64,000 bases of DNA from NCBI RefSeq assembly GCF_009914755.1, contig NC_060932.1; one strand, written 5' to 3'. Of the stretch, positions 45,701-57,655 are shown piece by piece. Origin of the DNA: the human T2T-CHM13v2.0 reference genome, Homo sapiens. Below the pieces are notes generated by a model. That model did no database searches. It was not told the DNA's origin and saw nothing but the letters and a program-made list of their open reading frames with translations. The translations under genes were made by a program, and so were the position numbers. Every line of letters begins with the position of its first letter. The stretch's first letter is position 1.

Positions 45701-46616
45701 ATATTTTCAGTGGCCAGCTAATATGTTTATGCACCTACCTTCATAAACACAAAGAGCCTATTGAAGAAATTCATTCTCTGTCTCATAGAGCTAACTTGTT
45801 TTAGAAATAAACAAAAATCAGACAAAAATACGCAAAACACAGAAGAATAGTTTAACTGTTGAGGGAACCCATGAAGATCAGAGTTTATATACATTTTTCA
45901 CAAGAGAGTCACTAGATTCTTGCTTTTTCATCAAACCCTTGTGTTCCTTTAGTTTAATAGTCACTTGGAAGTAAAGATGAATAGGGATAATCTATGTTCT
46001 ACATGAGTTTATTAGCCAGTTGGGGAAAGAGACCTGTAATATAAAGGAAAAATATATATAAGATAAATGGTAAATAGAGCTTTTAATAAAACAGGGTGGA
46101 TTACAAAGGAAGGTGTTATTAATTATGCTCCAGAGGTTAAGATAGAGCTTTTGGGGGAAAATATGTTTTAATATGGCCTTGAAAGAGAGGAGGAGTTAGC
46201 CAGTCAAAAATGGGAAGGATACCCTAAAAGAAGGCAAGTCACATTGCAACAGTTCACACATGTGAAACATCAGGAATAACTGGAGTACATGATGATGGAT
46301 CCAAATAATTTCTACAACTAGATTTTATTTCTTTAGCAGTTTTAGGACATTTGTAAAAGCTCCTTGATTTAAACAACTGCCTCTAAAAGACTGACATTTT
46401 CCCAAGGTATGTCTGAAGGAATATAATTTATAAACACATATATTAAATTATAGAAAAATAACTCTCAGATAATTAAAGTTGTTTACTGCAATATAAAAAT
46501 ATATGGAAGGCACCTAAACAAAACTTTTGAAGAATTTATTAAGAATAAGTTGGGAATACTAAGGAAAGGAAAAGATAACAACAGGGAAGTTTTCAGAAGT
46601 TTGCTAAGTAATGATC

Positions 46617-46655
46617 TCTCTTCCTCTTCCTCCTCCTCCTCCTCCTCTTCCCCAT
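46617..46655. repeat. (CCT)n low-complexity repeat
   Basis: ttcctcttcctcctcctcctcctcctcttcc. Confidence 0.85.
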
Positions 46656-47654
46656 CTTCTTATTTTTGTTTAAACTAATATTTACATTGTTGCATGGAGT
46701 GGGGAGGAGTAGTCTTATACTTACAGTGTCTTAAAAACATTGTGGTAGAATTTGACTTCCTCTTATTAATAAGTTCCAGGATTATTTTTCAGGACCGGAA
46801 AACAGGAGCTGGAGAGGGAAATGGGGAGGAGGAGGAGAGGGATAGCTAAAAAGAGAAGGAAAATAAAGGAAAAAGAAAAGAAAAATAGTCAGACGGCTGA
46901 ATTCTCTAGACAATGAATTTCTGGTTCAATAGAATATATATGTCTTAACAGCTTGAGTCACATTAAATGTCTTCCTCTCAAAACTGTGAGAACTGAAGCT
47001 GTTGAATCAGAAACACATTTCTGGAGTGAAGTTGGGCAAGGTGACCTCGTACATTCTTGTTGTTGTTGTTGTTGTTAAGTTACATTGTTTCAAAAGGCCA
47101 GTTTGGAAACCATAACACATATGGTGTATATGGTGAACACACTTTTGGTGATTATGATTATAAATACTATTGGTCTTTTCCGTTAACTTTAATAAAAATG
47201 TCTCTTTAAAAGAAAATAAGAGGAGAAACTGACTGGTGTGTTTGTTTATTTTCATCCATAAGGATTCCATGCTTTAAGAATCTTAATTGCCTTCCTCCTA
47301 TGTCTGTGATTTGAGAATGCAAGAGCTAAGTGAATTCTAGAGAGGAGTGCTTCTCCCCACTCTTTCCTGTTAATAGAAACTAAAGGAATATTGTATTATT
47401 TGTTAAACTATCAGTTTTGTAAACTCGGCACCCACTGAGAAAGATCTTAAGGCTCTTATCTTAAAATTCTTAACTCAAAAATATAATGTCAATAGCTTAT
47501 ACTTTGTAGGATTGAGGATTAGATGTGGTAATACAAGTTAAGTGCCCTTTAGTATGCTTAGCATACAGTTAGGACAACGTTAGCAAAATGCCTTAATTAT
47601 TGTTGTTATTTTCATCCCCGTATTCCCTTAATATAATTAGATTATAATTTGAAG

Positions 47655-47778
47655 ATAGATATAGATATAGATATAGACACACACACACACCTTCTTTAGG
47701 AATATAGCCGAATGTTTTGAATGTAATGTTAATTCAAATATATATGTGTGTGTGTGTGTGTGTGTGTTTATATATATT
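47655..47778. repeat. Compound microsatellites (GATATA)n, (CA)n, (TG)n, (TA)n
   Basis: Directly visible. Confidence 0.85.
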
Positions 47779-48991
47779 TCCACACACCCTCTAACCACAC
47801 TGGCATATGCACTAAATACTGTTGAAGGAAGGCAAAATAATTGGTAGAGAATAGAGACTGCAAACGTGCTTAGACCTAGCATCTATTTCCCATGATTGAA
47901 TTAGAGAAAATAAATTGTTATGAAAAGCCAATCAGATAGGAAAAGACATACTTATGTTTCATTGGACAGATATGTATGGGAACAAAACATCATCCAACCT
48001 AATAACAAATACGCACTATTTTATTGGCATAATGGTGAATTTAGCTTAAACTAATTCAAAATGATATTATTATAACTTCTGCCACATTTTATAGTCAACT
48101 TGAAACTTAAATTTGTACTCATTGTAGTTATTCCATCCTCACCACACTTTTTTTCTCCCATTCTTTATGATACTGCTGTAAGGTTATTATTATTATTTTG
48201 GGTTTCCACAACATTTTCAGAAAATTATGTTTTTCAAAGTCCTGTGAAAAAAGCAAATGGAATCATTTTGCAGGAAACTTAAATAAAAACATTGAAGCAT
48301 CAAATAACAATAAAGTTTCATAGCTGTGACTCTTGATAAATTGTTTAGATTCTAGGTGACTTTTAAAATTCTATTTTGGTATTGCTATCTCGATCATTTT
48401 CTGTGCAGTATTGGGTCTCCAGGACATTATGATCATCTATGTGGGCTTTTTCTGTTTTTTGTTTCTTTAACTGCTTGTGAAAGATTTGGCTGGCTCTGCA
48501 CTGCTTGCAGATTATATTCTGCACACAGGGACATACCATTAATTCCTGTTTTATTTGTCTATATTAAAGCCAACACCTGCATCTTGTTTAGCAATTAACC
48601 TGCAGAGTAGGATAAATTGAAGTGATTAAAAGGATGTGTGAGATTCAGTCCACATTGTCTTTATATTTTCATCTCCCTAATATCTCAAATCAATCAATTT
48701 TTTCTTAGTATCACTGGTATTTGAGTGTAATGCATGCACAAAACTTTACTATTTTGGTGATTTGTGATACTGTTCTGTTCAACAATATCTATTCAGTTTC
48801 TGCTATATGTTAGACGATTTCTATGTTTTCTTGGAAGATAAGCAGTAGAGTTCCATTATACAGATGGACAAACTGAATCTGATGTATATAAAATGCTTTG
48901 ATCACATCTATGTAGGCACAAAGTGATGAAGTTCCATTCTGTTTGAATTTCAAATACTCTTTCCATTAAGTCTAAATTTCATGATTGGGAT

Positions 48992-49507
48992 TGTATTAGG
49001 GCTCTCCAGAGGGACAGAACTAACAAGATTATATATACATTTATATATATATGGGAGTTAAGTATTAAGTATTTATATATATAAAGTTATATATATATAT
49101 ATGGATATATATATATACACATATATGCGGATATATAAACTCACACTATCAAAAGGTCCCACAATAGGCTGCCTGCAAACTGAGGAGCAAGGACAGCCAG
49201 TCTGAGTCCCAAAACTGAAGAACTTGGAGTCTGATCTTCGAGGGCAGGAAGCATCCAGCACGGGAGAAAGATGTAGGCTGGGAGGCTAGGCCAGTCTCGT
49301 CTTTTCACATTTTTCTGCCTGCTTTATATTCTAGCCACACTGGCAGCTGATTAAATGGTACCCACCCAGATTAAGGATGGGTCTGCCTTTCCCAGCCCAC
49401 TAACTCACATGTTACTCTCCTTTGGCAACACCCTCACAGACACACCCAGGATCCATATTTTGCATCCTTCAATTCAATCAAGTTGGCACTCAGTATTAAC
49501 CATTACA
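48992..49507 (-). mobile_element. 3' LTR (MLT2A) with internal (TA)-rich expansion
   Basis: Reverse complement starts tgtaatggttaatactgagtgccaacttgattgaattgaagg; PPT adjacent at 49508-49522. Confidence 0.95.
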
Positions 49508-49978
49508 AGTCCATCCCTCCCTTTTCAACTTGAACCCATACGCATCTCCTAAGATTATGCATAACCTTCAAATAAAGACAATAATAAAGTCATAATTATA
49601 CCTAATATAATACAACTATCCTTCGTACAACCAGAAACACACCAATCCCCAAATCAAATACTATAACACAAAGTTAACAATACTTAAATGCTGATGTGAA
49701 GTCAATAAATCTTATGTCGCATGATAAAGGAAAATAAAATAAAATGAAGATTGTTTCTTAATACAAATGTATACTTGCACAAACATACTTTTAACAAAAG
49801 AAAGAGGAAACACTCATGACAATCACAGTCCTTGTTTCTGCCACTGGTCATGTGATCATAGCTGGTATTGATGACTACCTTCTTCTACTACCCATTCTGT
49901 ATTCCCTTTGCCTTCAGCAAACACCTCAGCAGGTTGTGTTTTTTTTTTCTTTTTTTCCTGGTGGAATGACCCAAACCT

Positions 49979-50950
49979 TCATTCCAGAAGGGTCTGGACC
50001 ATTTGTAGTCCTGCCTGGTTGGGCTGTTGAAGTTTCCCATTGACCTTAATCACAGTGCATGGCAATATTAAGAGATGCCCTACTGGATCTCCTGTATTCC
50101 ATGCATACTCTTCCTTACCTCCACTGTGGAGCAATAGACTGATTTCATCTTGATAGTCTGGGTCAATCACCTCAGTCATCACTGTAACTCCTTTCTTAGA
50201 CTGTTGAATACACCAACAGCGTTCAAGCGGAGAATCAAATCAAGAACTCAATCTCTTTACAATAGCTGCAAAAAATAAAATAAAATACTTAGGAATATAC
50301 CTAACCAAGGAATTGAAAGATCTCTACAAGGAAAACTACAAAACACTGCTGAAAGAAATCACAGATGACACAAACAAGTGGAAACACATCACATGCTCAT
50401 GGATGAGTAAAATCAATACTGTGAAAATCACCATACCGTCAAAAGAAACCTACAATATCAATGCAACTCCCATCAAAATACCACCATCATTCTTCACTGA
50501 TTTAGAAAAAATTATAAAATTTATAGGGAATGAAAAAGAGCCCTCATAGCCAAAGTGAGACTAAGCAAAAAGAACAAATCTGGAGGCATCACACCCCCTG
50601 ATTTCAAACTATACTATGAGGTCATGGTCACCAAACAGTATGGTACTTGTATAAAAATAGGCACATAGACCAATGGAACAGAACAGAGAACCCAGAAATA
50701 AACCCAAATACTTACAGATGATCTTTGACAAAGGAAACAAAAATACAAAGTGGGGAAAGGACACCCGTTTCAACAAATGGTGCTGGGAAAATTGGCTAGC
50801 CACATGTAGGCAAATGAAACTCTTGACTTAAAGGTATCAGGAGCCCAAAGTGTCCAGGTGGCACTCTTCGAGTTTAATAAAATTGTTGTTATGTCTCCTG
50901 GTGGGAGTGTTCCTCCCTCTGAAACTAAGACCTCTAGACCAGCACAACAT
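49979..50950 (-). pseudogene. dut: HERV-L dUTPase, interrupted by an L1 fragment
   Basis: ORF 49979-50182 has VIDPDYQDEISLLL (dUTPase motif III). Confidence 0.8.
50208..50821 (+). mobile_element. Internal L1 ORF2 fragment (L1PB-like), no poly-A
   Basis: ORF 50313-50549 reads [24 protein letters not shown]; the fragment ends at ...tagccacatgtaggcaaatgaaact. Confidence 0.9.
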
Positions 50951-53950
50951 TATGTCCTGGGAACAGGAAGCAAACTTTTTTCTAGTGGATCACTAGGGGT
51001 GACGGTGAGTGGTGCCATTACCACTTCCACTCCTTGATTCCTGTACCCATGAATACTACGGGAGAAACAGTACCATATATTGGATGCTGATTCAGAGCAT
51101 ACACGGCCTTCTGGAGAACTTTGCCCCAGCCCTGCAAAGTATTGTCACCAAATTGACATTGTAATTGTGACTTTGAAATGACATTCCACAGTTCTATCAA
51201 TCTGGCTGCTTTAGGATGGTGGGGAACCTGGTAAGACCAGTGAATTCCATAAGAAGCATGAGCCCACTGCCGCATTTCTTTAGCCATAAAGTCGTAAAGT
51301 GAGAGCCTTCGTCAGAATTAATGCAGTGTGGAATACCATGACAGTGGATAAGGCATTCTGTGAGTCCACTAATGGTAGTCTTGGCAGAAGCATTGCGTAC
51401 AGGAAAGGCAAGCCCATATTCAGAGTGTCTATTCCAGTGAGGACAAACCTCTGATCTTTCCATGGTGGAAGAGGTTCAATATAATCAACCTGCTATCAGG
51501 TAGCTGACTGATCACCCCAAGGAATGGTGCCATATCAAGCGCTCAGTGTTGATTTCTGCTGCTGTCAAATTGGACACTATAGCCATGTCAGCCTTGGTGA
51601 GTGGAAGTCCATGTTACTGAGCCCATGTGTAACCTCCATCCCTACCACCATGGCCACTTTGTTCACGGTCCACTGAGCAATGACATAGGTGGCTGGGAAA
51701 AGAGGCTGAGTGGTGTCCACAGAACAGGTCATTCTATCCACTTGATTATTAAAATCCTCCTCTGCTGAGGTCACCCATTGGTGAACACTCACATAGGATA
51801 CAAATATCATCACAGTTTTTGATCACTTAGAGAGGTCCATCCACATACCTCTACCCCAAATTTCTTTGTCACCAACTTTCCAATCATGCTTCTTCCAAGT
51901 TCCTGACCATCCAGCCAAATCATTGGCTACAGCCCCTAAATCAGTACATAATCGCACATCTGGGCATTTCTCCTTCCATGTGAAGTGCAGAGTCAGATGC
52001 TCTTCTCAAAGTTTTGCCCATTAGGAAGATTTCCTGTCACCACTGTCCTTCAGGGATGTCCTAGAAAGGGGCTGTAGTGCTGCAGCTGTCTGCTTTCAGA
52101 CGGTGCCTGCATACCGTGCAGAACTATCTGTGAACCAGGCCCTAGTCTTCTCTTCCTCTATCAACTGATCATAGGGAACTCTCCATGGGGCCATTGGTGC
52201 AGGCTGGGGAAGAGAAGGCAGACTTGCAGGAGTGGAGACCATGGGCACTTGAGCCACTTCCTCATGTAACTTACTTGTGCCTTCAGGACCTGCTTGAGCC
52301 TGATAATGTATATGCCACTTCCATTTGATGATGGAATGTTGCTATGCATGACCCATTTTATGGCTAGATGGGTCAGAAAGTACCCAGTTCCTGATAGGCA
52401 GTTCAGATCACATGGTGACTTGATTACCTAGAGTCAAACATTCAGTTTCCACCAAAGCCCAGTAACAGGCCAAGACCTGTCTCTCAAAAGGAGAGTAGTT
52501 GTCTGAAGAAGATGGCAGGGCCTTGCTCCAAAATCTAGAGACTCCTGCTGTGATTCACCAGTGGGGGCTTGCCAAAGGCTCCAAACAGCATCTCTTTCTG
52601 CCACTGACACCTGAAGCACCATTGGTTCTGCTGGGTCATATGGTCCAAGTGGCAGAGCAGCTTGCACAGCAGCCTGGACCTGTTGCAGAGCCTTCTCCTG
52701 TTCTGGACCCCACTCAAAACTGGCAGCCTTTTGGGTGACTCGATAAATGGGCTGGAGAAACACACCCAAATGAGGAATGAGTTGCCTCCAAAATCCAAAT
52801 AGGCCCACTAGGCCTATTTTGTGCCTTTCTTGGTTGTAGGAGGGACCAAATGCAGCAAATTATCCTTCACCTTAGAAGGAATATGTTGACAGGCCCCACA
52901 CCACTGGACTCCTAGAAATTTTACGACCCCTAGAAATTTTACTGAGGTAGAAGGTCTCCGAATTTTAGTAGGATTTATTTCCCATCCTCTGGCATTCAAA
53001 TGTCTCACTAAGTCCAGTGTGTTTGTCACCTCTTGCTCACTGGATCCAATTAGCATAATGTCATCAATGTAATGGACCAGTGTGAATCTTGTGGAAGCAA
53101 AAAGCAATCAAGGTCTCTCCAAATAAGATTATTACACAAAGCCAAAGCATTAATAAATTTCTGAGGTAAGACAGTAAAAATATATTGCTGGCCTTGCCAA
53201 CTGAAGGCAAATTGCTTCTGGTGGGCCTTATGGACAAGAATGGAGAAAAAGGCATTTGCCAAATCAATGGCTGCATACCAGGTACCAGGAAATGTGTTAA
53301 TTTGCTCAGATAATGAAACCACATCTGGTACAGCAACTGCAATTGGAGTCACCACTTAGTTAAACTTATGATAATCCACTCTCATTCTCCGAGATCCATC
53401 TGTCTTCTGCACAGGCCAAATGGGAGGGTTGAACGGGGATGTGGTGGGAATCACCACCCCTGCATCTTTCAAGTCCTTGATGGTGGTGCTCATGTCCACA
53501 ATCCCTCTAGAGATGCAATATTATTTTTGATTTACTATTTTTCTAGGTAGATGCAGCTCTAATAGCTTCCATTTGGCCTTTCCACCATAACAGTCCCTAC
53601 TCCACCAGTCAGGGAGCCAATGTGGGGGTTTTGCCAGCTGCTAAGTAGGTCTATGCCAATTATGCATTCTGGCAGTGGGGAAATCACCACAGGATAATTC
53701 TGGGGACCCACTGGACCCACTGTAAGTCAAACCGGTGCTAAACTGCAGTACTTACCTGTCCTCCATAAGCCCCTACTTTAACTGGAGGACCACAAGGATA
53801 TTTTGGGTCCCTTGGAATCAAAGTCAGCTCAGAGCCAATGTCCAGTAGTCCCCAAAATGTCGGATCATTTCCCTTTCCCTAGTGTACAGTTACCATGGTA
53901 AAAGACCAGAGGTCTCCTTGGGGAAGGATGGGAGAAAATTAACAGCACAA
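50950..53950 (-). pseudogene. pol: HERV-L pro-pol (protease, RT, RNase H, integrase), multiply frameshifted
   Basis: GLLDIGSELT at ~53823-53852; WYAAIDLANAFFSI, FTVLPQ and [10 protein letters not shown] in track ORFs; integrase fragments 51018-51463. Confidence 0.9.
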
Positions 53951-55730
53951 ATTGTCAGTAGTGTGGTGGGGCCCTTCCTCAAGGGAACCCAGCCTCCCGT
54001 TCATTCAAGGGGTTCTGGGTCTGTAAACTGACTCAGGTCTGTAAACTGATTGGGGGGCTGTGATTCTCTGTTTTTATAATTCAAATTAGTCTTTTGTCCA
54101 TTCAACCTGGAAGTTTTCTGCTTATATAAGGTAAATAAGAATGCAGTAGGCTTCCTATCAATTTCACTTGTAGGAACAGCATGATTAATTAGCCAATGCC
54201 AGAGCTCTACACAAGTCTGACTATTCTGATTGCTGCTTTGCCTCTTCTGTCCATTAGGTAGCTACAACGACCTTGCAATTGATTGTCGAGTGTCAACACT
54301 TGGCCCCTGCCACCTCAGGATCTAATTATTCCCATTGTATTTAAATTTTGCAGTTGAGTGACTGTGGTCTCCGTCCCCTGTTAGATCTGAAAAGAGCAAT
54401 TACAGGGTTCTTCAAAGATGCAGGTGCTGCTCTCACAAATCTATTTTGCAAAGCACTGATCATGGGTATGTCTTCTGGACCCTCTCAGCTGGAATAAGTA
54501 AGTCTAAAGTGACTAATCCACTCTACCATCCCAATTTCCCTAAGCCTTTGGATCCCTTACTCTACATTAACCCAAGGGAGATCAGGCATTTCCAGCTCAC
54601 TCACAGTGGGCCGTCTTTTAATCCATATTTCAGCTAACGAAAGCAAATAAACTATTAGAACCTTTTTTTTTTTTTTTGTAACTCCCTGAGCTGCAACGTT
54701 AAAAGCAGAGTTCCTACTTTGTGGGCCCAAATCAATAAATTCAGCCTGATTCAACTCTATGTTCCTTCCACCTTCATCCCACACCCTTAATATCTGTTCC
54801 CATGCCTGTTCTACAGATTTCTGTTTATATAATTTCGAAAATCCAAGCAGTTCTTTTCAAGTGTAGCATACCTCCTCATGGGTCACACTCTCAACCTCAC
54901 CTCTAGGGGTCCACGGGGACTTTAGTTATAGATCTAGAAGCAAATGAGAGGTGTTGGGGGTGGCTTCTGAGGAGAATCAACATTGTCTTGCCTGGCAACT
55001 GCCTCAGGGGAGGCCATCACTGTTGCCTGGGGCAGTGCAGGTTTTATCTCCTCAGACAAAGTGGAAAGGCTGATGGCAGCATGGGTCAGGGAGGGGATGT
55101 TGCCACTAGTGGGGATGGGGAAACTGTTCCTTCTGGCAAAAAAAAGTTCGTCAGAATTTACAAACTCAGTGTCCCAGCTTCATCAGGGTCTTCCTACACA
55201 TCCCCATTCCACGTTGCAGGGTCCCATTATTTTCCAATCAATGCCCTCACTTTAACAGTAGACACCTGGTGAGGCTGTGCATCCACCTTTCGTTGCAGGT
55301 CAGCCACTTGCATGATAAGAGCTTGTGTCTGTTTTTCCTCAATTCCAGCTCTTTCTGTACAGTAGATAAGACTCTCATTCAGGGCAGTCTTAGCAGATTT
55401 GAGGCTCACTATCTGCTTCTGAAGCTGGGAGATATTATCCCTGAGTTCATCATTTTCTTTCATCACTTTGTCCACTGAACTTAGGAGCAAACAACCAGCT
55501 TCATTATGTTCCTTGGTTCTCCACATATGGTCAAAGGTAATATGTATAGAGTCACTAAAATCCTTGCCTCTCATGAGTGAATAATCAGAAGTTTAAGTTG
55601 CATTTATTTACATAACTCTGTAAACAGTTCATGCCAAGGACTATCAATGTTTGCCATACTATTAGAAGTAGAGTCCTTAGCATTTTGGGGTCTAATAAAA
55701 TTAAGCAGCCAACTCTAGAAACCCCAAAAC
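53950..55730 (-). pseudogene. gag: HERV-L gag, disrupted
   Basis: ORFs 55227-55574 (LLLSSVDKVMKENDELR) and 54557-54784 (WDEGGRNIELNQAEFIDLG). Confidence 0.8.
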
Positions 55731-55768
55731 CAATGAAGGAACTCCATCCTTAATATTCTGTTTCTCTA

Positions 55769-55786
55769 AAACCACTCCTGATATCA
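55769..55786 (-). promoter_or_regulatory. Degenerate tRNA-Leu primer binding site
   Basis: Minus strand TGATATCAGGAGTGGTTT versus HERV-L TGGTACCAGGAGTGG, just inside the 5' LTR. Confidence 0.7.
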
Positions 55787-55791
55787 AAATC

Positions 55792-56220
55792 TGCATAAGT
55801 CAGGGTTCTCTAGAGGGACAGAACTAATAGAATATATATGAGAGTTTATTAACTCACAGGAGCACAAGGTCCCACAATAGGCTGCCTGTAAGCTAAGGAG
55901 TAAGGAGAGCCAGTCTGAGTCCCAAAACTGAAGGACTTGGATTCTGATGTTTGAGGGCAGGAAGCATTAAGCTCAGAAGAAAGATGTAAGCTGGGATGCT
56001 AGGCCAGTTTCATCTTTTCACATTTTTCTGCCTGCTTTATATTCTAGCCACACTGGTAGCTGATTAGATGGTGCCAGCCCAGATTAATGGTGGGTCTGCC
56101 TTTCCCTGCCCACTGACTCAAATATTAATCTCCTTTGGCAATACCCTCACAGACACACCCAGGATCAATACTTTGCATCCTTCAATTCCATCAAGTTGAC
56201 GCTCAGTATTAACCATCACC
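55792..56220 (-). mobile_element. 5' LTR (MLT2A)
   Basis: Colinear with 48992-49507; about 38 differences in about 355 aligned bp. Confidence 0.95.
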
Positions 56221-56259
56221 AGGATAGCATCCTGTGTTTCTGTTTGCAGAAGTGCTTGA

Positions 56260-56610
<351 letters not shown>

Positions 56611-57099
56611 CATTGAATTACTTTTATATTGTGTTCTAAGAAACGAAAATGGAAATAACACTGAGGAATTCTAAGTCTACGCCTGTTAGTCAGTTACTAT
56701 GAAGTGTACTGAACAAATCCCTTTGACTTACTTGTTTCAGTTATCTGTAAATATGGGATCCATTACAGTTAGATCTTAATTTTCATGAAATTATGTATTT
56801 AAAAGAACACAAGGTAGGGTAGACTAATTTATACTTCATAGTTTAGAGGTATTTGTGTGATATTAGGCTGTTTTTTTTACTCCCCAACAACAGAATGGAA
56901 CAGAGTTCCAAAAAGAGAGTCAACAAAATTAAACACACAAGTAAATAAGTAGGTTGTATTCTATTTAACAGCTAACTGCTTTTGACCAGCGGTGCTGTTT
57001 TTCTTGCCCCACTGACTTAAGAGAGTATAGTTGTGAAAAATGTAAATATTGTTAAACTTCTAACATAGTGACATTTTGAAAAAACTACCACAATTCTTG

Positions 57100-57600
57100 A
57101 GACTCTTCTGCTCTCATTGTTTTCATTTTTACCACTGCCATTCCTTTCCTGACCATATCAATACTGCTCTGTCTGCACCCCATTTCACTGAAACTGTTCT
57201 CACTTTGCTGATTCTTCCTATGTGCACAGCTCTATTTTCATCTTAGACTTGCATCATGGTTGCCACTTTTACCCTTTGGAATCTATTTTCTCATTGCATT
57301 TCCTGTTGAGTTTTCTTTGTTCTCTACATCTTTTGGATAATTCTTTCTCTGTTTTTTTTCTCCATATTCTTCTCCTTTAATTGTGTAGGTCTCCAGGTGC
57401 CCATTATCAATACTCTTGACAGTCTTTTGTCAGTGATACGCTTGTTTTATTTTTTTTGAAATGGAGTATCCACCCAGCTGATTAGACACCTACTCAACTT
57501 TGAAATCAGATTTTCCATCCCCTACTGCCATTAAAAAGAGCTGTGTCCTTGTTCAGTACTTTTTTTTGTCATACCTAATTAGACCAAAACCATATATACA
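57100..57600 (+). mobile_element. Old L2 fragment
   Basis: cccatttcactgaaactgttctc and pyrimidine-rich L2-like phrases. Confidence 0.45.
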
Positions 57601-57619
57601 TCCAAGCTGAGAAAACGTG

Positions 57620-57655
57620 ACTCTCTCTCTCTCTCTCTATTTCTCTCTCTCTCCT
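57620..57655. repeat. (CT)n microsatellite
   Basis: Directly visible. Confidence 0.9.

Larger units (their letters stand above)
48992..56220 (-). mobile_element. HERV-L provirus with two MLT2A (MLT2A2-like) LTRs
   Basis: Two LTRs; 5-bp TSD gggat/aggat; tRNA-Leu-type PBS; PPT; gag-pro-pol-dUTPase order; no env. Confidence 0.95.
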
